Part shown: one piece after another, positions 18,531 to 28,749 of the stretch
Position numbering within the stretch: position 1 is the first letter of the stretch
Layout of the letters: each line of letters opens with the position of its first letter
The notes under the pieces: generated by a model
Databases searched by the model: none
What the model was told of the DNA's origin: nothing
What the model saw: only the letters and a program-made list of their open reading frames with translations
Made by a program: the position numbers and the translations under genes
Source of the DNA: a bacterium
GTDB taxonomy: Bacteria > SAR324 > XYD2-FULL-50-16 > G965216635
DNA length: 64,000 bases
Direction: 5' to 3'
Assembly (NCBI GenBank): GCA_965216635.1
Contig: OZ244188.1
Span: 2,112,001 to 2,176,000, forward strand

Positions 18531-19435
18531 TATTTTAAGAGTGGATAGGTTTTAGTTGTGTCCTTATAATTAGAGCCCTTATGATTAGAGACTAGCTGAA
18601 AAGCTACAAACGAAAAAATAATTATTACAGCTCCTAAAATACCCCGCAGAGACAATCTTTCTCCAAGAAAAACATAGCTAAACAAAACAGCATAAACTGC
18701 TTCTAAACTTAAAATAACCCCAAAAACCTGTGCCGAAATATTTTTCAAGGCAAAAAAAGCCAAACTCTGTGCTAAGGCAGTACAAACCAAACCCAATACT
18801 AAAAGCCCAGCCCAGTCGCTTAAAGAAATTTGTATTGGCAAAAAAATAAAAATAAAAGGTAGAGAAATCAAAGCACAATAAAAACTTTGAAAAAAAGAAA
18901 TTATCATTATAGGAAATTTTAAAGATAAAAATCTACCCCATAAAATACCCAGAGCCATAAAAAACCCCGAAAGCACTCCCCAGCAGATACCTACAAAATA
19001 ATTGTTTGTTAAAGAAAATTGTGGAACTAAAAAATAAACTCCGATTACAATGAAAACACAAAGCAAACTTTTATAAAAAGAAAAGTGAAGTTTATAAAAA
19101 AAAGGCTCTAAAAAAGTAAGAAAAAAAGGAAAAGTAGAAAAAGCAAGCGTACCCAAAGAAGCATTTGATTTTTGCACTCCTGTAAAAAAAGTGAACCAAT
19201 GGGACACAAAAATAATTCCTAAAAAAAAAAAAAGAAGGTGGTTCTTGAAAGTAAGGGGAGTAATCTTTTTTTTGGATTTAAAAAAAAGATAGCACAAAAA
19301 TATAGTAGCAAAAAAAGTGCGAAAAAAGACAATGATAATAGGGTTTTGGTGAATGATTTTTCCTAAAATCCCAGTGAATCCTACTAAAAAAGTAGATAGG
19401 TGTTGCGATAAATAAGCTTGGATTTTTTTGTCCAT
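18530..19435 (-). CDS. DMT/EamA family transporter
   Basis: About 10 hydrophobic segments; LGLVCTALA, LSLEAVYAVLFSYVFLGE. Confidence 0.85.
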   Translation of the reverse strand: MDKKIQAYLSQHLSTFLVGFTGILGKIIHQNPIIIVFFRTFFATIFLCYLFFKSKKKITPLTFKNHLLFFFLGIIFVSHWFTFFTGVQKSNASLGTLAFSTFPFFLTFLEPFFYKLHFSFYKSLLCVFIVIGVYFLVPQFSLTNNYFVGICWGVLSGFFMALGILWGRFLSLKFPIMIISFFQSFYCALISLPFIFIFLPIQISLSDWAGLLVLGLVCTALAQSLAFFALKNISAQVFGVILSLEAVYAVLFSYVFLGERLSLRGILGAVIIIFSFVAFQLVSNHKGSNYKDTTKTYPLLK

Positions 19436-19438
19436 GCT

Positions 19439-20938
19439 CTACTGCATTGTAGGTATAGCGAATTGATTTTCTTTTGAACTTTGCACCCAGCGACTAGTCA
19501 CGGTTTTCATACGAGTATAAAAACGAAATCCGTCGCTACCGTGTACATTCAAAGCTCCAAAAATAGAATTTTTCCAACCACCAAAACTATGAAAAGCCAT
19601 AGGCACTGGAATGGGAACATTAATTCCTACCATTCCTATTTGAATTTCTGTAGAAAAATTTCTAGCAATTTCTCCATCTTTGGTAAAAATAGATGTGCCA
19701 TTTGCAAAGCGCTGGGAATTTATCAACTCCACCGCTTTTTTGTAAGAATTGACACGAACGACAGAAAGTACGGGTCCAAAAATTTCTTCTTGGTAAATCC
19801 TCATATTTGGGGTTACCTTATCAAAAAGGCAAGGTCCCAAAAAAAAGCCATCTTTATTACCAGAACTTGAGAAATCCCTACCGTCCACAACCAACTCCGC
19901 TCCTTCTGCTACACCTAAATCTACATAGCCTTTTACTTTAGCTAAGTGCTCTTTTGTGATTAAGGGTCCCATTTCGCTTTCTGGTTCTGTAGCTAAACTA
20001 GCTCCCACAACAAGATTTTTCAAATTCTCCTTTATTTTCGTAACCAGACTGTCTGCGACTTTATCTCCTACAGCTACAGCCACAGAAATTGCCATACACC
20101 TTTCTCCAGCGGAGCCGTAAGCAGCGCCTATTAAAGAATTTATAGTATGTGAGATATCTGCGTCTGGCATAATTACCATGTGATTTTTTGCACCTCCTAG
20201 CGCCTGCACTCTTTTAGAATAAAAAGATCCTTTCTCGTAGATATATTTAGCAATGGGGGTAGAGCCTACAAAACTTACCGCTTGCACATCTTTATTTTCC
20301 AGCAAAGCATCCACCACAACTTTATCTCCATTGACTATATTAAAAACTCCGTCTGGTAGCCCTGCTTGTTTGTATAATTCTGCAACCATAAATGCAATTT
20401 GAGGGTTTTTTTCGGAAGGTTTAAGCACAAACGAATTTCCACAAGGAATGGCAATGCCGTGCATCCAAAGAGGAACCATAAAGGGAAAATTAAAAGGTGT
20501 AATGCCGGTGACAACCCCTAGCGGCTCAAAACTAGACCAGCTATCCACACCTGTGCCTACATTCATAGAATGCTCCCCTTTGAGTAAATGAGGGGCAGCC
20601 GTAGAAAACTCGGCAACTTCTAACCCTCTCACTATCTCTCCTTTGGCATCAGAAAAAACTTTGCCGTGGCTGTTGCTTAAAACTTTAGCCAACTCGTCTG
20701 TATTATCAGAGACTAGGGAGCAAAATTTCATCATAACCCTAGCTCTATTTAAAGGAGTTTTACTCGCCCAACTGGGAAAAGCTGCTTTTGCTGCCTTTAC
20801 TGCTTTTTCTACTTCTTGTTTGGAAGATAGCACCACTTCTCCAGTCTGCATTCCATTCGTGGGATTATAAAGCGGCAGTTTTTTGCCGCTTCCGCTAGGA
20901 GTAAGTTTGCCTCCAATGTAGTTTTGATAGGTTTTCAT
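19439..20938 (-). CDS. mmsA: CoA-acylating (methyl)malonate-semialdehyde dehydrogenase
   Basis: ITPFNFP, LKPSEK, VQALGGAKNH, GERCMAIS and EEIFGPVL. Confidence 0.93.
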   Translation of the reverse strand: MKTYQNYIGGKLTPSGSGKKLPLYNPTNGMQTGEVVLSSKQEVEKAVKAAKAAFPSWASKTPLNRARVMMKFCSLVSDNTDELAKVLSNSHGKVFSDAKGEIVRGLEVAEFSTAAPHLLKGEHSMNVGTGVDSWSSFEPLGVVTGITPFNFPFMVPLWMHGIAIPCGNSFVLKPSEKNPQIAFMVAELYKQAGLPDGVFNIVNGDKVVVDALLENKDVQAVSFVGSTPIAKYIYEKGSFYSKRVQALGGAKNHMVIMPDADISHTINSLIGAAYGSAGERCMAISVAVAVGDKVADSLVTKIKENLKNLVVGASLATEPESEMGPLITKEHLAKVKGYVDLGVAEGAELVVDGRDFSSSGNKDGFFLGPCLFDKVTPNMRIYQEEIFGPVLSVVRVNSYKKAVELINSQRFANGTSIFTKDGEIARNFSTEIQIGMVGINVPIPVPMAFHSFGGWKNSIFGALNVHGSDGFRFYTRMKTVTSRWVQSSKENQFAIPTMQ

Positions 20939-21042
20939 AATTTATTAGTAATCTCTGCTTTCTTTTTGTCGGCATCTAGTTCAACCAAAAGCTCGTAGAT
21001 TTTGGTAGAAGTAAATTTTTGTGTTGTAGTTGGTTTTAACAT
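20935..21042 (-). pseudogene. Truncated 35-aa N-terminal fragment of the Bdr/DUF1640-like family; its TGA overlaps the mmsA ATG
   Basis: MLKPTTTQKFTSTKIYELLVELDADKKKAEITNKL* versus MLRATTAQKFTSTKIYDLLIGLGAEKKKAEI of 54892..55779. Confidence 0.85.
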
Positions 21043-21145
21043 TTTATTTTTTGAATTAAAATTGTTTCTATAAGGAAAAGGATAATCCAATTACCGCACT
21101 AAAGTCAAGCCCTAAAAAATAAAAGGGGTTTTTACCGCTATTTTA

Positions 21146-21230
21146 GAAAAGTTTTTTCAGCGCTGTATAGGCTAAACAGCTAGTTTTGTGCTATTTGGTA
21201 AATTCAAAAGTCTATAGACCTTTGAATGCA
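21146..21230. repeat. Short palindromic repeat module(s)
   Basis: TAGGCTAAACAGCTAGTTTTGTGCTATTTGGTAAATTCAAAAGTCTATAGACCTTTGAAT, related to the 12037, 28663 and 39063 copies. Confidence 0.7.
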
Positions 21231-21334
21231 ACGTTGAAACTAGCCACAATAGTGGGGGTAGACTAGGAGAAAATTTTCGGTTACTGCTTTGGTTCTACAG
21301 AAGAGGCTCAGTTTTAGTCCAAGAACAGACTAGG

Positions 21335-21366
21335 AAACTCCCGCCTTTGATTTGCGGGAGTTTTTA
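21335..21366. terminator. GC-rich hairpin just downstream of the OMP gene
   Basis: AAACTCCCGC-CTTTGATTT-GCGGGAGTTTTTT. Confidence 0.6.
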
Positions 21367-21369
21367 TTT

Positions 21370-22656
21370 CTACTTGAAGAGATAGACGAAGCGAATAAAA
21401 AGGGAGGCTGGTGCTTCTACTTCTATCGTTGTTTTTGTAGGCACAGTTTCAGGGTAGGTTTCGCTTACCTCCTCTAGATCATAAGTTGGAGTTACTGTTC
21501 CGTCTACTCGTATTCTTCTATCTGCAGCCGTTGGTATTTGGTTTTGGGGAATACCTCTTCTATCTGCAAAAATAAGTGAAATAAGAGTGCTAGTAGGTCT
21601 ATCTATACCACCTCCTACCAATACAGAAGAGGTAATAGGACTTGGCTCTTGCGGTAGTGCTACTGAGGTTCTTGTTGGCACTGGTGCTGCATTGGTCTGT
21701 TTTACAGAGAGCTTTGCCCCCACCCACAGCAGTCCCGCTTCTATAGAAAAGTTTTTGCTAAAATTTCGCTTATAGCCAAAATGAACGGCGGGGGCTATTT
21801 TTGAATCCGAGCCTCCGTTTGTTTCTAGCTTGGCTTGGGCTAAACCAGCTCCTGCATAGAGCCCGTAGGGCAGGTGCCAATCCACTAGTACAATTTGACT
21901 ATCCAGCTTGTTATCTCCCGCACTCCATTGGTGCAGGCTCAAAGAAACACGAAACTTTTCAAAGTCGTAGCCTAGTTGCAATCCGTTACCTGCTAAACTG
22001 GTATTTTCGCTGCTAACAGAACGCGATAGAGCAGAATCTACAACTGTTCCTGTTAAATCACTAAAAGAGGCTGCAATCCCTTGGAAGTAATCGTAACAGG
22101 CAGCGTCATCTGTGTCTGTAGCGGGTGGAACAGCATTAGAAGTAGCGTCAAACTGAACAACACTTGTAAAGTAGGTTCCCATCCTATCCTCATCATTATA
22201 GCTACCATCGTCACAAATATCCAATACAGCTTTTATTGCTGTTGCATCATAATTGGAACTGTAACTCCTAGTAGTACGTAAAGTGTGGACGGCTAGCGTA
22301 ATTCCCTCTGCACCTGTTGTTGCGTCCACTGAAGCGAATGTACTGGTGGTGTTTCCACTGAATTCTATGTCTGCGGTAACGGTTCTGGTGCGTGTTGTTA
22401 CTACTTCTGTAAGGGTGGTATTTTCTGTAGTGGTTTTTATTTTAGCACCTAGATAAAAGGGACTAACTCCGATAGACCAACCTTGCTGTCTTGCTTCTTG
22501 GGCTTGCAGATTATTTACTCCCGCAAAAAGTAAAAGCAAGCACGAAAGCGAAGCTAAAATTGCCAGTGTTATTTTGTTTGATTTCATAATTTCTTTTGTT
22601 TGCCTAATTTTTTGAGATTCCATAGTCTTTTTTTGGTTTAATTTGTTTAACTTCAT
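21370..22656 (-). CDS. Outer-membrane beta-barrel protein with two large variable inserts (paralogue of the 44-51 kb array)
   Basis: Signal peptide ending LQA|QEARQQGWSIGVSPF; barrel segment GNGLQLGYDFEKFRVSLSLHQWSAGD...AGLLWVG; C-terminus FIRFVYLFK. Start codon uncertain. Confidence 0.75.
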   Translation of the reverse strand: MKLNKLNQKKTMESQKIRQTKEIMKSNKITLAILASLSCLLLLFAGVNNLQAQEARQQGWSIGVSPFYLGAKIKTTTENTTLTEVVTTRTRTVTADIEFSGNTTSTFASVDATTGAEGITLAVHTLRTTRSYSSNYDATAIKAVLDICDDGSYNDEDRMGTYFTSVVQFDATSNAVPPATDTDDAACYDYFQGIAASFSDLTGTVVDSALSRSVSSENTSLAGNGLQLGYDFEKFRVSLSLHQWSAGDNKLDSQIVLVDWHLPYGLYAGAGLAQAKLETNGGSDSKIAPAVHFGYKRNFSKNFSIEAGLLWVGAKLSVKQTNAAPVPTRTSVALPQEPSPITSSVLVGGGIDRPTSTLISLIFADRRGIPQNQIPTAADRRIRVDGTVTPTYDLEEVSETYPETVPTKTTIEVEAPASLFIRFVYLFK

Positions 22657-22669
22657 AGTCTTTTTAATG

Positions 22670-22835
22670 GTTAATTTAGGTTATTCAGTTTTATTTTTAT
22701 AAAACTTTATAAAGAATAACTAAAAACCTAAAAATAGTCTATCTTTTTTTTAGTTAATTTAGGTTATTCAGTTTTATTTTTATAAAACTTTATAAAGAAT
22801 AACTAAAAACCTAAAAATAGTCAATCTTTTTTTTT
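22670..22835 (-). promoter_or_regulatory. Two tandem 83-bp promoter units
   Basis: T(T/A)GACT-17 nt-TATTCT in each copy; -35 boxes at 22819-22824 and 22736-22741. Confidence 0.7.
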
Positions 22836-23061
22836 TAGTTTGCTTGTTTTTGGTTGTTTTTGGTTTATTTGGGGGGGGAGGGGAATTTTTCTAAAATGCT
22901 ATAAAATCCCAACAATAAACTTAAATATAGGCAAAGTTTGAATTATTTTTAGTTAAGAAGCAACCTTTATTTTTAAAAAATAATAATTTTAAAACTTAAT
23001 TTTTTGATAAAAAAATTCTAATATATTGAAATAAAATTTTCTTACTATAGGGGATTTAGCT

Positions 23062-24228
23062 TTACTGGCTGCGAATGGAAATGTGCCAGAAGGTAAGTTT
23101 TTTTTCTAAAATAACAAATATAGCGTAAAAAGCAGAGCCTGCAAGAGCAGAAATCACCACAGTTGCCCAGACCAGATGTAAATTCATTCTACCTACTTCG
23201 GTAGAAATCCGAAAACCCATACCTACAATAGGGGTGCCAAAAAACTCTGCTACAATAGCCCCTATCAAGGCTAGAGTAGAATTGATTTTAAGGGCGTTGA
23301 ATAAAAAAGGTAGTGCGTTATACAGGCGAACTGAGAAAAGTTTTTGCCAATAGGTAGGATTATAGGTTCTTAACAAATCCAATTCTACCCGAGAAGTTGC
23401 ACTGAGCCCTACTACAGAATTGACTAACATTGGAAAAAAGGTCATCAAAACCACTACTGCTGCTTTAGATTGCCAATCAAAACCGAACCACATAATCATA
23501 ATCGGAGCTACCCCCACAATAGGAAGAGCACTAAAAAAATTTCCTATAGGCAATAAACCTTTTTTCAAAAAAGAAAATTTATCGCAAACTAAGGCAACCA
23601 AAAACCCAGATGCGCATCCTATAAAAAAACCAGGTAAAACAGAATAAATAAAAGTTTGCACAAAATCTTGCCAGAATATAAATCTAGATTCATAAACTGC
23701 AATTAAAACCAAAGAAGGTGGGGGCAACAATACAAAAGGTACCCGAAAACCAACCACCAACATTTGCCAAATGAATAATAGTAATAAGCCAAACAAAAAA
23801 GGAGTTATAAGGTTCCAAAATTTTTCTGAATTTGGAAATGCGGAAGCGGAAGCGCTTTCTCTTAAAAAATTCCAAGCTAAACATAAAAAAGTCAATCCAA
23901 AAAAAAGATAGCTTTTTTGCCAATTTTCTTGGGCATTACTTGCGTTCGTTAAAGCCAAGTAAAGCCAAGAATGAAAAAACAATGAAAAAAATAAAAAATA
24001 AAAAAAGAAACTTTTTTTGCTGCAAAATTTCCTAATTTTTAATGGTAAAGTATGTGATAAAGAATATGTGATTATAAAATAAGCAGAAGTGAGCAGAAAT
24101 AAAAATGCAAATCCTATCCTTTGAGATGTGGAAAATAAAGCATCTTGAAAAGAAAAAAAAAGACTTAAACTTCCAAAAAGTAGATATAAAAACTGGGTTT
24201 TATGAAAAATTTTTGTTTGTAAATTCAT
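23062..24228 (-). CDS. ABC transporter permease (NitT/TauT family, pyrimidine uptake)
   Basis: LIGAIVAEFFG motif. Start reassigned to ATG 24228, which overlaps the upstream TGA (ATGA). Confidence 0.85.
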   Translation of the reverse strand: MNLQTKIFHKTQFLYLLFGSLSLFFSFQDALFSTSQRIGFAFLFLLTSAYFIITYSLSHTLPLKIRKFCSKKSFFFYFLFFSLFFHSWLYLALTNASNAQENWQKSYLFFGLTFLCLAWNFLRESASASAFPNSEKFWNLITPFLFGLLLLFIWQMLVVGFRVPFVLLPPPSLVLIAVYESRFIFWQDFVQTFIYSVLPGFFIGCASGFLVALVCDKFSFLKKGLLPIGNFFSALPIVGVAPIMIMWFGFDWQSKAAVVVLMTFFPMLVNSVVGLSATSRVELDLLRTYNPTYWQKLFSVRLYNALPFLFNALKINSTLALIGAIVAEFFGTPIVGMGFRISTEVGRMNLHLVWATVVISALAGSAFYAIFVILEKKLTFWHISIRSQ

Positions 24229-25103
24229 GGGCGAAAACCTTTTTGGATAAATATTCTTTCTATTGCAGAAACCAAAAAAACTAAAACCGCAGCCAGTAAA
24301 GCGGTCGTTAGTAATGCCGACCAAATTTTTACAGTTTGTCCGTAGTAAGAACCGACTAAGAGTCTAGAACCTAATCCTGCTCTAGCTCCTGTGGGCAACT
24401 CTCCTACAATGGCTCCTACAAGACTTGCAGCAACAGAAACTTTCAAACTAGTAAATAAAAAAGGTACAGAGCTGGGCAATAGAAGTTTAAAAAACATTTG
24501 CCTTTGTGTGGCGTTGTAGGTTTGTAGTAATTCACGGCTATTTTGTTCGGCGTAGTTTAACCCTTTCACCATTCCAATAGTGACGGGGAAAAAAGCAAGG
24601 TAGGCGGAAACTATAGATTTGGGTATCAAGCCAACCAAACCGATCGCTCCCAAAACTACCACAATCATAGGAGCTATGGCTAAAATAGGTATAGTCTGTG
24701 AAGCTATCACCCAAGGTAACAAACTTTTTTTTAAGGTTTGGTCGTAGATAATCCCTATTGCTAACAGGATTCCTAACAAACTGCCACTCAAAAACCCGAG
24801 CGATGTAGAAGAAAGAGTAATCCAACCGTGATAAACCAAACTTTTTTTGGAGCTAATTTTGGTTTGAAAGATAAATTTTTTTATATCGTTTAAGACCTGC
24901 ATTGGAGAAGGCAAGACAGGCTTTTTAGAATACCAAGCATCCCGAATCAATTGTTTTTGACTCCATTCTTGGTTGTTCGCTTGATAACGATCCAAAACAA
25001 AAGTCTTATTGAGTTGATAAGAAAAAAATAACCAAAAAAGCAAAAGTAACAACGTGGTTGTTGCAACAGCAACAAATCTTGTGCTTAATATTTTTTTAAG
25101 CAT
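24225..25103 (-). CDS. ABC transporter permease (NitT/TauT family)
   Basis: SQTIPILAIAPM, LVGAIVGELPTG. Confidence 0.88.
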   Translation of the reverse strand: MLKKILSTRFVAVATTTLLLLLFWLFFSYQLNKTFVLDRYQANNQEWSQKQLIRDAWYSKKPVLPSPMQVLNDIKKFIFQTKISSKKSLVYHGWITLSSTSLGFLSGSLLGILLAIGIIYDQTLKKSLLPWVIASQTIPILAIAPMIVVVLGAIGLVGLIPKSIVSAYLAFFPVTIGMVKGLNYAEQNSRELLQTYNATQRQMFFKLLLPSSVPFLFTSLKVSVAASLVGAIVGELPTGARAGLGSRLLVGSYYGQTVKIWSALLTTALLAAVLVFLVSAIERIFIQKGFRP

Positions 25104-25872
25104 AATGCTTGCTTGCTTTGTTTAAAGATTGACGAACTTGGTGACAAAGTTTGTCAAATTCTGCACTATTTCTAAAATTTTCTTTTTTCTCTTTTTGCTT
25201 ACTTCCTATTATTATTTCTGCGATAGTACCAGGTCTTTCAGAAAATATAAAAATTTTGCTAGAAAGATAAACCGCTTCGGCTACAGAATGGGTCACAAAT
25301 AAAATTGTTTTTTTTGTTTGTTTCCAAAGGTTATAAAGTTGCTCGTTTAAATCTTCTCTGGTAATGGCATCCAAAGCTCCAAAAGGTTCATCCATCAACA
25401 AAAGCTCTACTTGAAAACTCAAAGCCCGCGCAATAGAAACCCGTTGTTGCATTCCACCTGAAAGTTGCCAAGGATATTTTTTTTCAAAACCTTGTAATTT
25501 CACAGCAGCCAAACTTTCTTTTACTTTTTGAATTCTTTCTTTTTTAAGAACACCAAATATTTCCAAAGGGAGCAGCACATTTTTTTCTACAGTGCGCCAA
25601 GGATAAAGGGCGGGAGATTGAAAAACATATCCGTATTTACGATTTCTGCGAAATTCTTGTGGGCTTTGTTGTTGAATAGAAAGCGTGCCTGAGGTGGGAG
25701 TTTCTAAATCTGCAATAATTCGCAATAATGAGGTTTTACCGCAACCTGAAGGACCTATAAAAGAAACGAAATCTCCTTTTTCAATTTCAAAATTAATATT
25801 GCTGAGTGCTGTAACTTTGGTATCTTTGCTATCAAAGATGAGGTTTAAGTTTTTAGCCTGAATAAAAGTCAT
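25096..25872 (-). CDS. ABC transporter ATP-binding protein
   Basis: GPSGCGKT, LSGGMQQR and LLMDEPFGALD. Confidence 0.93.
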   Translation of the reverse strand: MTFIQAKNLNLIFDSKDTKVTALSNINFEIEKGDFVSFIGPSGCGKTSLLRIIADLETPTSGTLSIQQQSPQEFRRNRKYGYVFQSPALYPWRTVEKNVLLPLEIFGVLKKERIQKVKESLAAVKLQGFEKKYPWQLSGGMQQRVSIARALSFQVELLLMDEPFGALDAITREDLNEQLYNLWKQTKKTILFVTHSVAEAVYLSSKIFIFSERPGTIAEIIIGSKQKEKKENFRNSAEFDKLCHQVRQSLNKASKHYA

Positions 25873-25946
25873 ATTTTAATTAAAATTTTTGGGGAAATGC
25901 GAAGCGTCTTTCCAAATAATCCTCCTTAGTGGCAAGCGGTTTATTG

Positions 25947-27218
25947 TTATGGAAGCACAGTATCTTCAGAATGGCGATACCCCTGTTTCAAGAGGTCGTT
26001 CCAGCTTTCTACTTTATCGTTGGCAGAAACATCTTTCATTGTAATACAGTTTTCTACAGGACATACCAACGCACAAAGATTGCAACCCACACACTCTTCT
26101 TCTTTGATAAGAGGAGCGATGCCACCATTGCTTGGTTGAGCAATTGCTTGGTGTGCTCCGTCTTCACAAGCAATATAACAAAGCTGACAACCGATGCACT
26201 TGTTTGTATCAATATGGGCTACGCTTTTGTAGTTCATATCCAAATCACCCCAATCTTTTAAATTTTTTACTGCTTTGGAGCGTAGCTCGTTGACCGATTT
26301 CATACCCTTAGAATCTAGATATTGATTGAGTCCAGAAATCATATCTTCTACAATTCGGAACCCGTAGTGCATAACTGCGGTGCAGACCTGAACTGAAGTA
26401 GCTCCCAGCGAGATAAATTCTGCCGCATCTTTCCAGTTGGAAACACCGCCTATACCAGAAATACCCAAATGGAAGTCTTCGTTTTTAGCAAGAGAAGAAA
26501 CCATATGCAAGGCAATCGGCTTCACTGCAGGTCCGCAATAGCCTCCATTTGTAAAGCCATTTCTTAACCTAGGGGATGCTATAAAATCATCTAAATCTAC
26601 CTCTACTACACTTTTGATAGTATTGATTAGAGAAACTGCATCGGCTCCCGATTTTTGGGCTGCCATTGCAGGTTCTAGAATATCGCTAATGTTGGGTGTT
26701 AATTTTACAATTACAGGCAAGTGGGTAAATTCCATTACCCAACTGGTTACCTCTTCTAAAACTTTTGGCTCTTGTCCTACAGCTGATCCCATACCCCTTT
26801 CGCACATTCCGTGCGGACAACCGTAGTTCAATTCCAACCCATCTGCGCCGCTATCTTCCACTCTGCGAATCAGTTCTTTCCATTCTTCTTTGCTTTCTAC
26901 CATCAAAGAAGCAATTATAGCATTATTGGGGTAGTTTTTTTTTACCTCTTTTATTTCTTTTAAGTTTTCTTCTACTCCTCTGTCGGAAATCAATTCTATA
27001 TTATTAAATCCCATTATTTTTTGTCCTGCATAGTCTACGGCTCCGTAACGACTACTCACATTGCGGACAGGCTCACCTATTGTTTTCCATACAAAACCAC
27101 CCCAGCCTACATCAAAAGCATTTCTTGCTTGATAGGCTGTATTTGCAGGAGGGCCTGAAGCCACCCAAAAAGGATTGGGACTTTTGATTCCTTCTAAATC
27201 AATGGATAGATCTGCCAT
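25947..27218 (-). CDS. preA: NAD-dependent dihydropyrimidine dehydrogenase subunit PreA
   Basis: ELNYGCPHGM, VKLTPN and two C-terminal 4Fe-4S motifs. Confidence 0.95.
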   Translation of the reverse strand: MADLSIDLEGIKSPNPFWVASGPPANTAYQARNAFDVGWGGFVWKTIGEPVRNVSSRYGAVDYAGQKIMGFNNIELISDRGVEENLKEIKEVKKNYPNNAIIASLMVESKEEWKELIRRVEDSGADGLELNYGCPHGMCERGMGSAVGQEPKVLEEVTSWVMEFTHLPVIVKLTPNISDILEPAMAAQKSGADAVSLINTIKSVVEVDLDDFIASPRLRNGFTNGGYCGPAVKPIALHMVSSLAKNEDFHLGISGIGGVSNWKDAAEFISLGATSVQVCTAVMHYGFRIVEDMISGLNQYLDSKGMKSVNELRSKAVKNLKDWGDLDMNYKSVAHIDTNKCIGCQLCYIACEDGAHQAIAQPSNGGIAPLIKEEECVGCNLCALVCPVENCITMKDVSANDKVESWNDLLKQGYRHSEDTVLP

Positions 27219-27231
27219 TTTTTACCTCTTA

Positions 27232-27320
27232 TTGAATTTTACCATATTAAATTTTACCATATTGAATCTTACCATATTAAATCTTACCATAAATTGGCAC
27301 CATTAAATTTTACCATATTG
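27232..27320. repeat. 15-bp tandem repeats copying the preT 3' end
   Basis: (G/A)AAT(T/C)TTACCATATT four times, plus the copy that encodes QYGKI*. Confidence 0.8.
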
Positions 27321-28589
27321 GATCTTTAAACTCCATTTCCTAAGCATTCGGAAAGCTGCTTCTTTTCCTTCAAAAACCGCGTTGACTACTTCCTTACCTC
27401 CGTTTGCACAATCTCCTCCAGCGTAAATATTTTCTATAGAGGTCTCAAAGTGCTCATTTACTACGAGATTACCATTAGAGTTCAAGTCAATTTCAGGAAA
27501 AAGTTTTTGTAAAGGGTGTTTTTTTTGTCCTGTAGCAAAAATCAACCAATCACAAAAAATTTCTTTTTCACCAGATTGGGTTTGAAATTTCATTCCTTTA
27601 GTTTGGTTGTCTTCTTGAATTAAAGTTTGCGGTACATGATTTCCAAAAAATTGGACTCCTTTAAGCAAAGCCTGTTTGAGTTCGTGTTGGTAACCAGACA
27701 TTTCGTTTTTACTCTTACGATAAGCGAGCTTAACTTGGATTTCCAATTCGGCTAATTCTTGAGCTATATCTAGAGCTGTATTGCCTCCACCAATAACCAA
27801 AGCCGTATTTGTTTTTGTTAGATTTGCTTCTGTTTTAATTTTTTGAATGAGAGCTAGGGCTCCAAAAACATTCTTAGAAGATTGAATATCAAAAAGAAAA
27901 CTATCTTCGGCAAGCCCTACTCCAATAAAAATGGCGTCGTACTCTTTTTGCAATTCAGCTGCAGCAATGGATTTTCCTACCTCTTTGTTTAGTAAAATTT
28001 CCACACCGAGAGATTGGATAAATTCTACTTCTTTTATAGATTCTTCTAGTTTTAATTTGTAAGGAGCAATACCGTAAGAATTTAAACCTCCAGGCAGAGA
28101 ATTTTTTTCAAAAATAGTTGTTTTTACACCTGAGAGAGCAAGATAAGCAGCACAAGAAAGAGAAGCGGGTCCCGCTCCAATAAGGGCTACTTTGCGATTG
28201 GTTTTTTTTGTAGGGGGTTTTAGATTGGGAGATTGATAAAAATGCTGTAAAGCGTATTCTTGCAATTTTCCAATTTGAACAGGAGGTTCGTTCATATTGT
28301 TATAGACACAAGCACCTTCGCAAAGCACTTCTACAGGACAGACTTTAGAGCAAGAAAGCCCTAAAATATTGGATTGTAAAATAGTATCCGCTGAGCCTAA
28401 GAAATTTTTATCTTGAATTCTTTTGATAAATTGAGGGATATTGATGCCAGTTGGACATCCTCTAATGCAAGGAGCATCATAACAACGGATGCAACGAGAC
28501 GATTCTACAATTGCCTCATTTTCGCTCAACAAAGGTTTTTTTTTGTGAAATCGGCTTTCTGTTCGTTCCTCAATAAAATTGTATTTCAT
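27303..28589 (-). CDS. preT: Dihydropyrimidine dehydrogenase subunit PreT (GltD-like)
   Basis: RCIRCYDAPC, CPVEVLCEGAC, GAGPA and GGGNTA. Confidence 0.9.
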   Translation of the reverse strand: MKYNFIEERTESRFHKKKPLLSENEAIVESSRCIRCYDAPCIRGCPTGINIPQFIKRIQDKNFLGSADTILQSNILGLSCSKVCPVEVLCEGACVYNNMNEPPVQIGKLQEYALQHFYQSPNLKPPTKKTNRKVALIGAGPASLSCAAYLALSGVKTTIFEKNSLPGGLNSYGIAPYKLKLEESIKEVEFIQSLGVEILLNKEVGKSIAAAELQKEYDAIFIGVGLAEDSFLFDIQSSKNVFGALALIQKIKTEANLTKTNTALVIGGGNTALDIAQELAELEIQVKLAYRKSKNEMSGYQHELKQALLKGVQFFGNHVPQTLIQEDNQTKGMKFQTQSGEKEIFCDWLIFATGQKKHPLQKLFPEIDLNSNGNLVVNEHFETSIENIYAGGDCANGGKEVVNAVFEGKEAAFRMLRKWSLKIQYGKI

Positions 28590-28662
28590 TGTTATACCTT
28601 TTAAAAATTTTCCTGAAATTGACTTAAACGATTAACAAAAGCCATCCTCTCATAAACTCAAA

Positions 28663-28729
28663 TAGACTTTTGAATTTGCCAAATAGGACAAAACCAGCTG
28701 TTTAGCCTATGCAGCGTTGAAAATTTTTT
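28663..28729. repeat. Half-element of the palindromic repeat family
   Basis: TAGACTTTTGAATTTGCCAAATAGGACAAAACCAGCTGTTTAGCCTATGCAGCGTTGAAAATTTT; reverse complement at ~39087-39151. Confidence 0.8.
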
Positions 28730-28749
28730 AGCTTGTAGGAATACAGATT

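Noticed and set aside
21240..21366. Possible IS200/IS605 right-end (omegaRNA-like) remnant
   Set aside because: Only a generic GC hairpin with no tnpB fragment; a terminator is the simpler reading.
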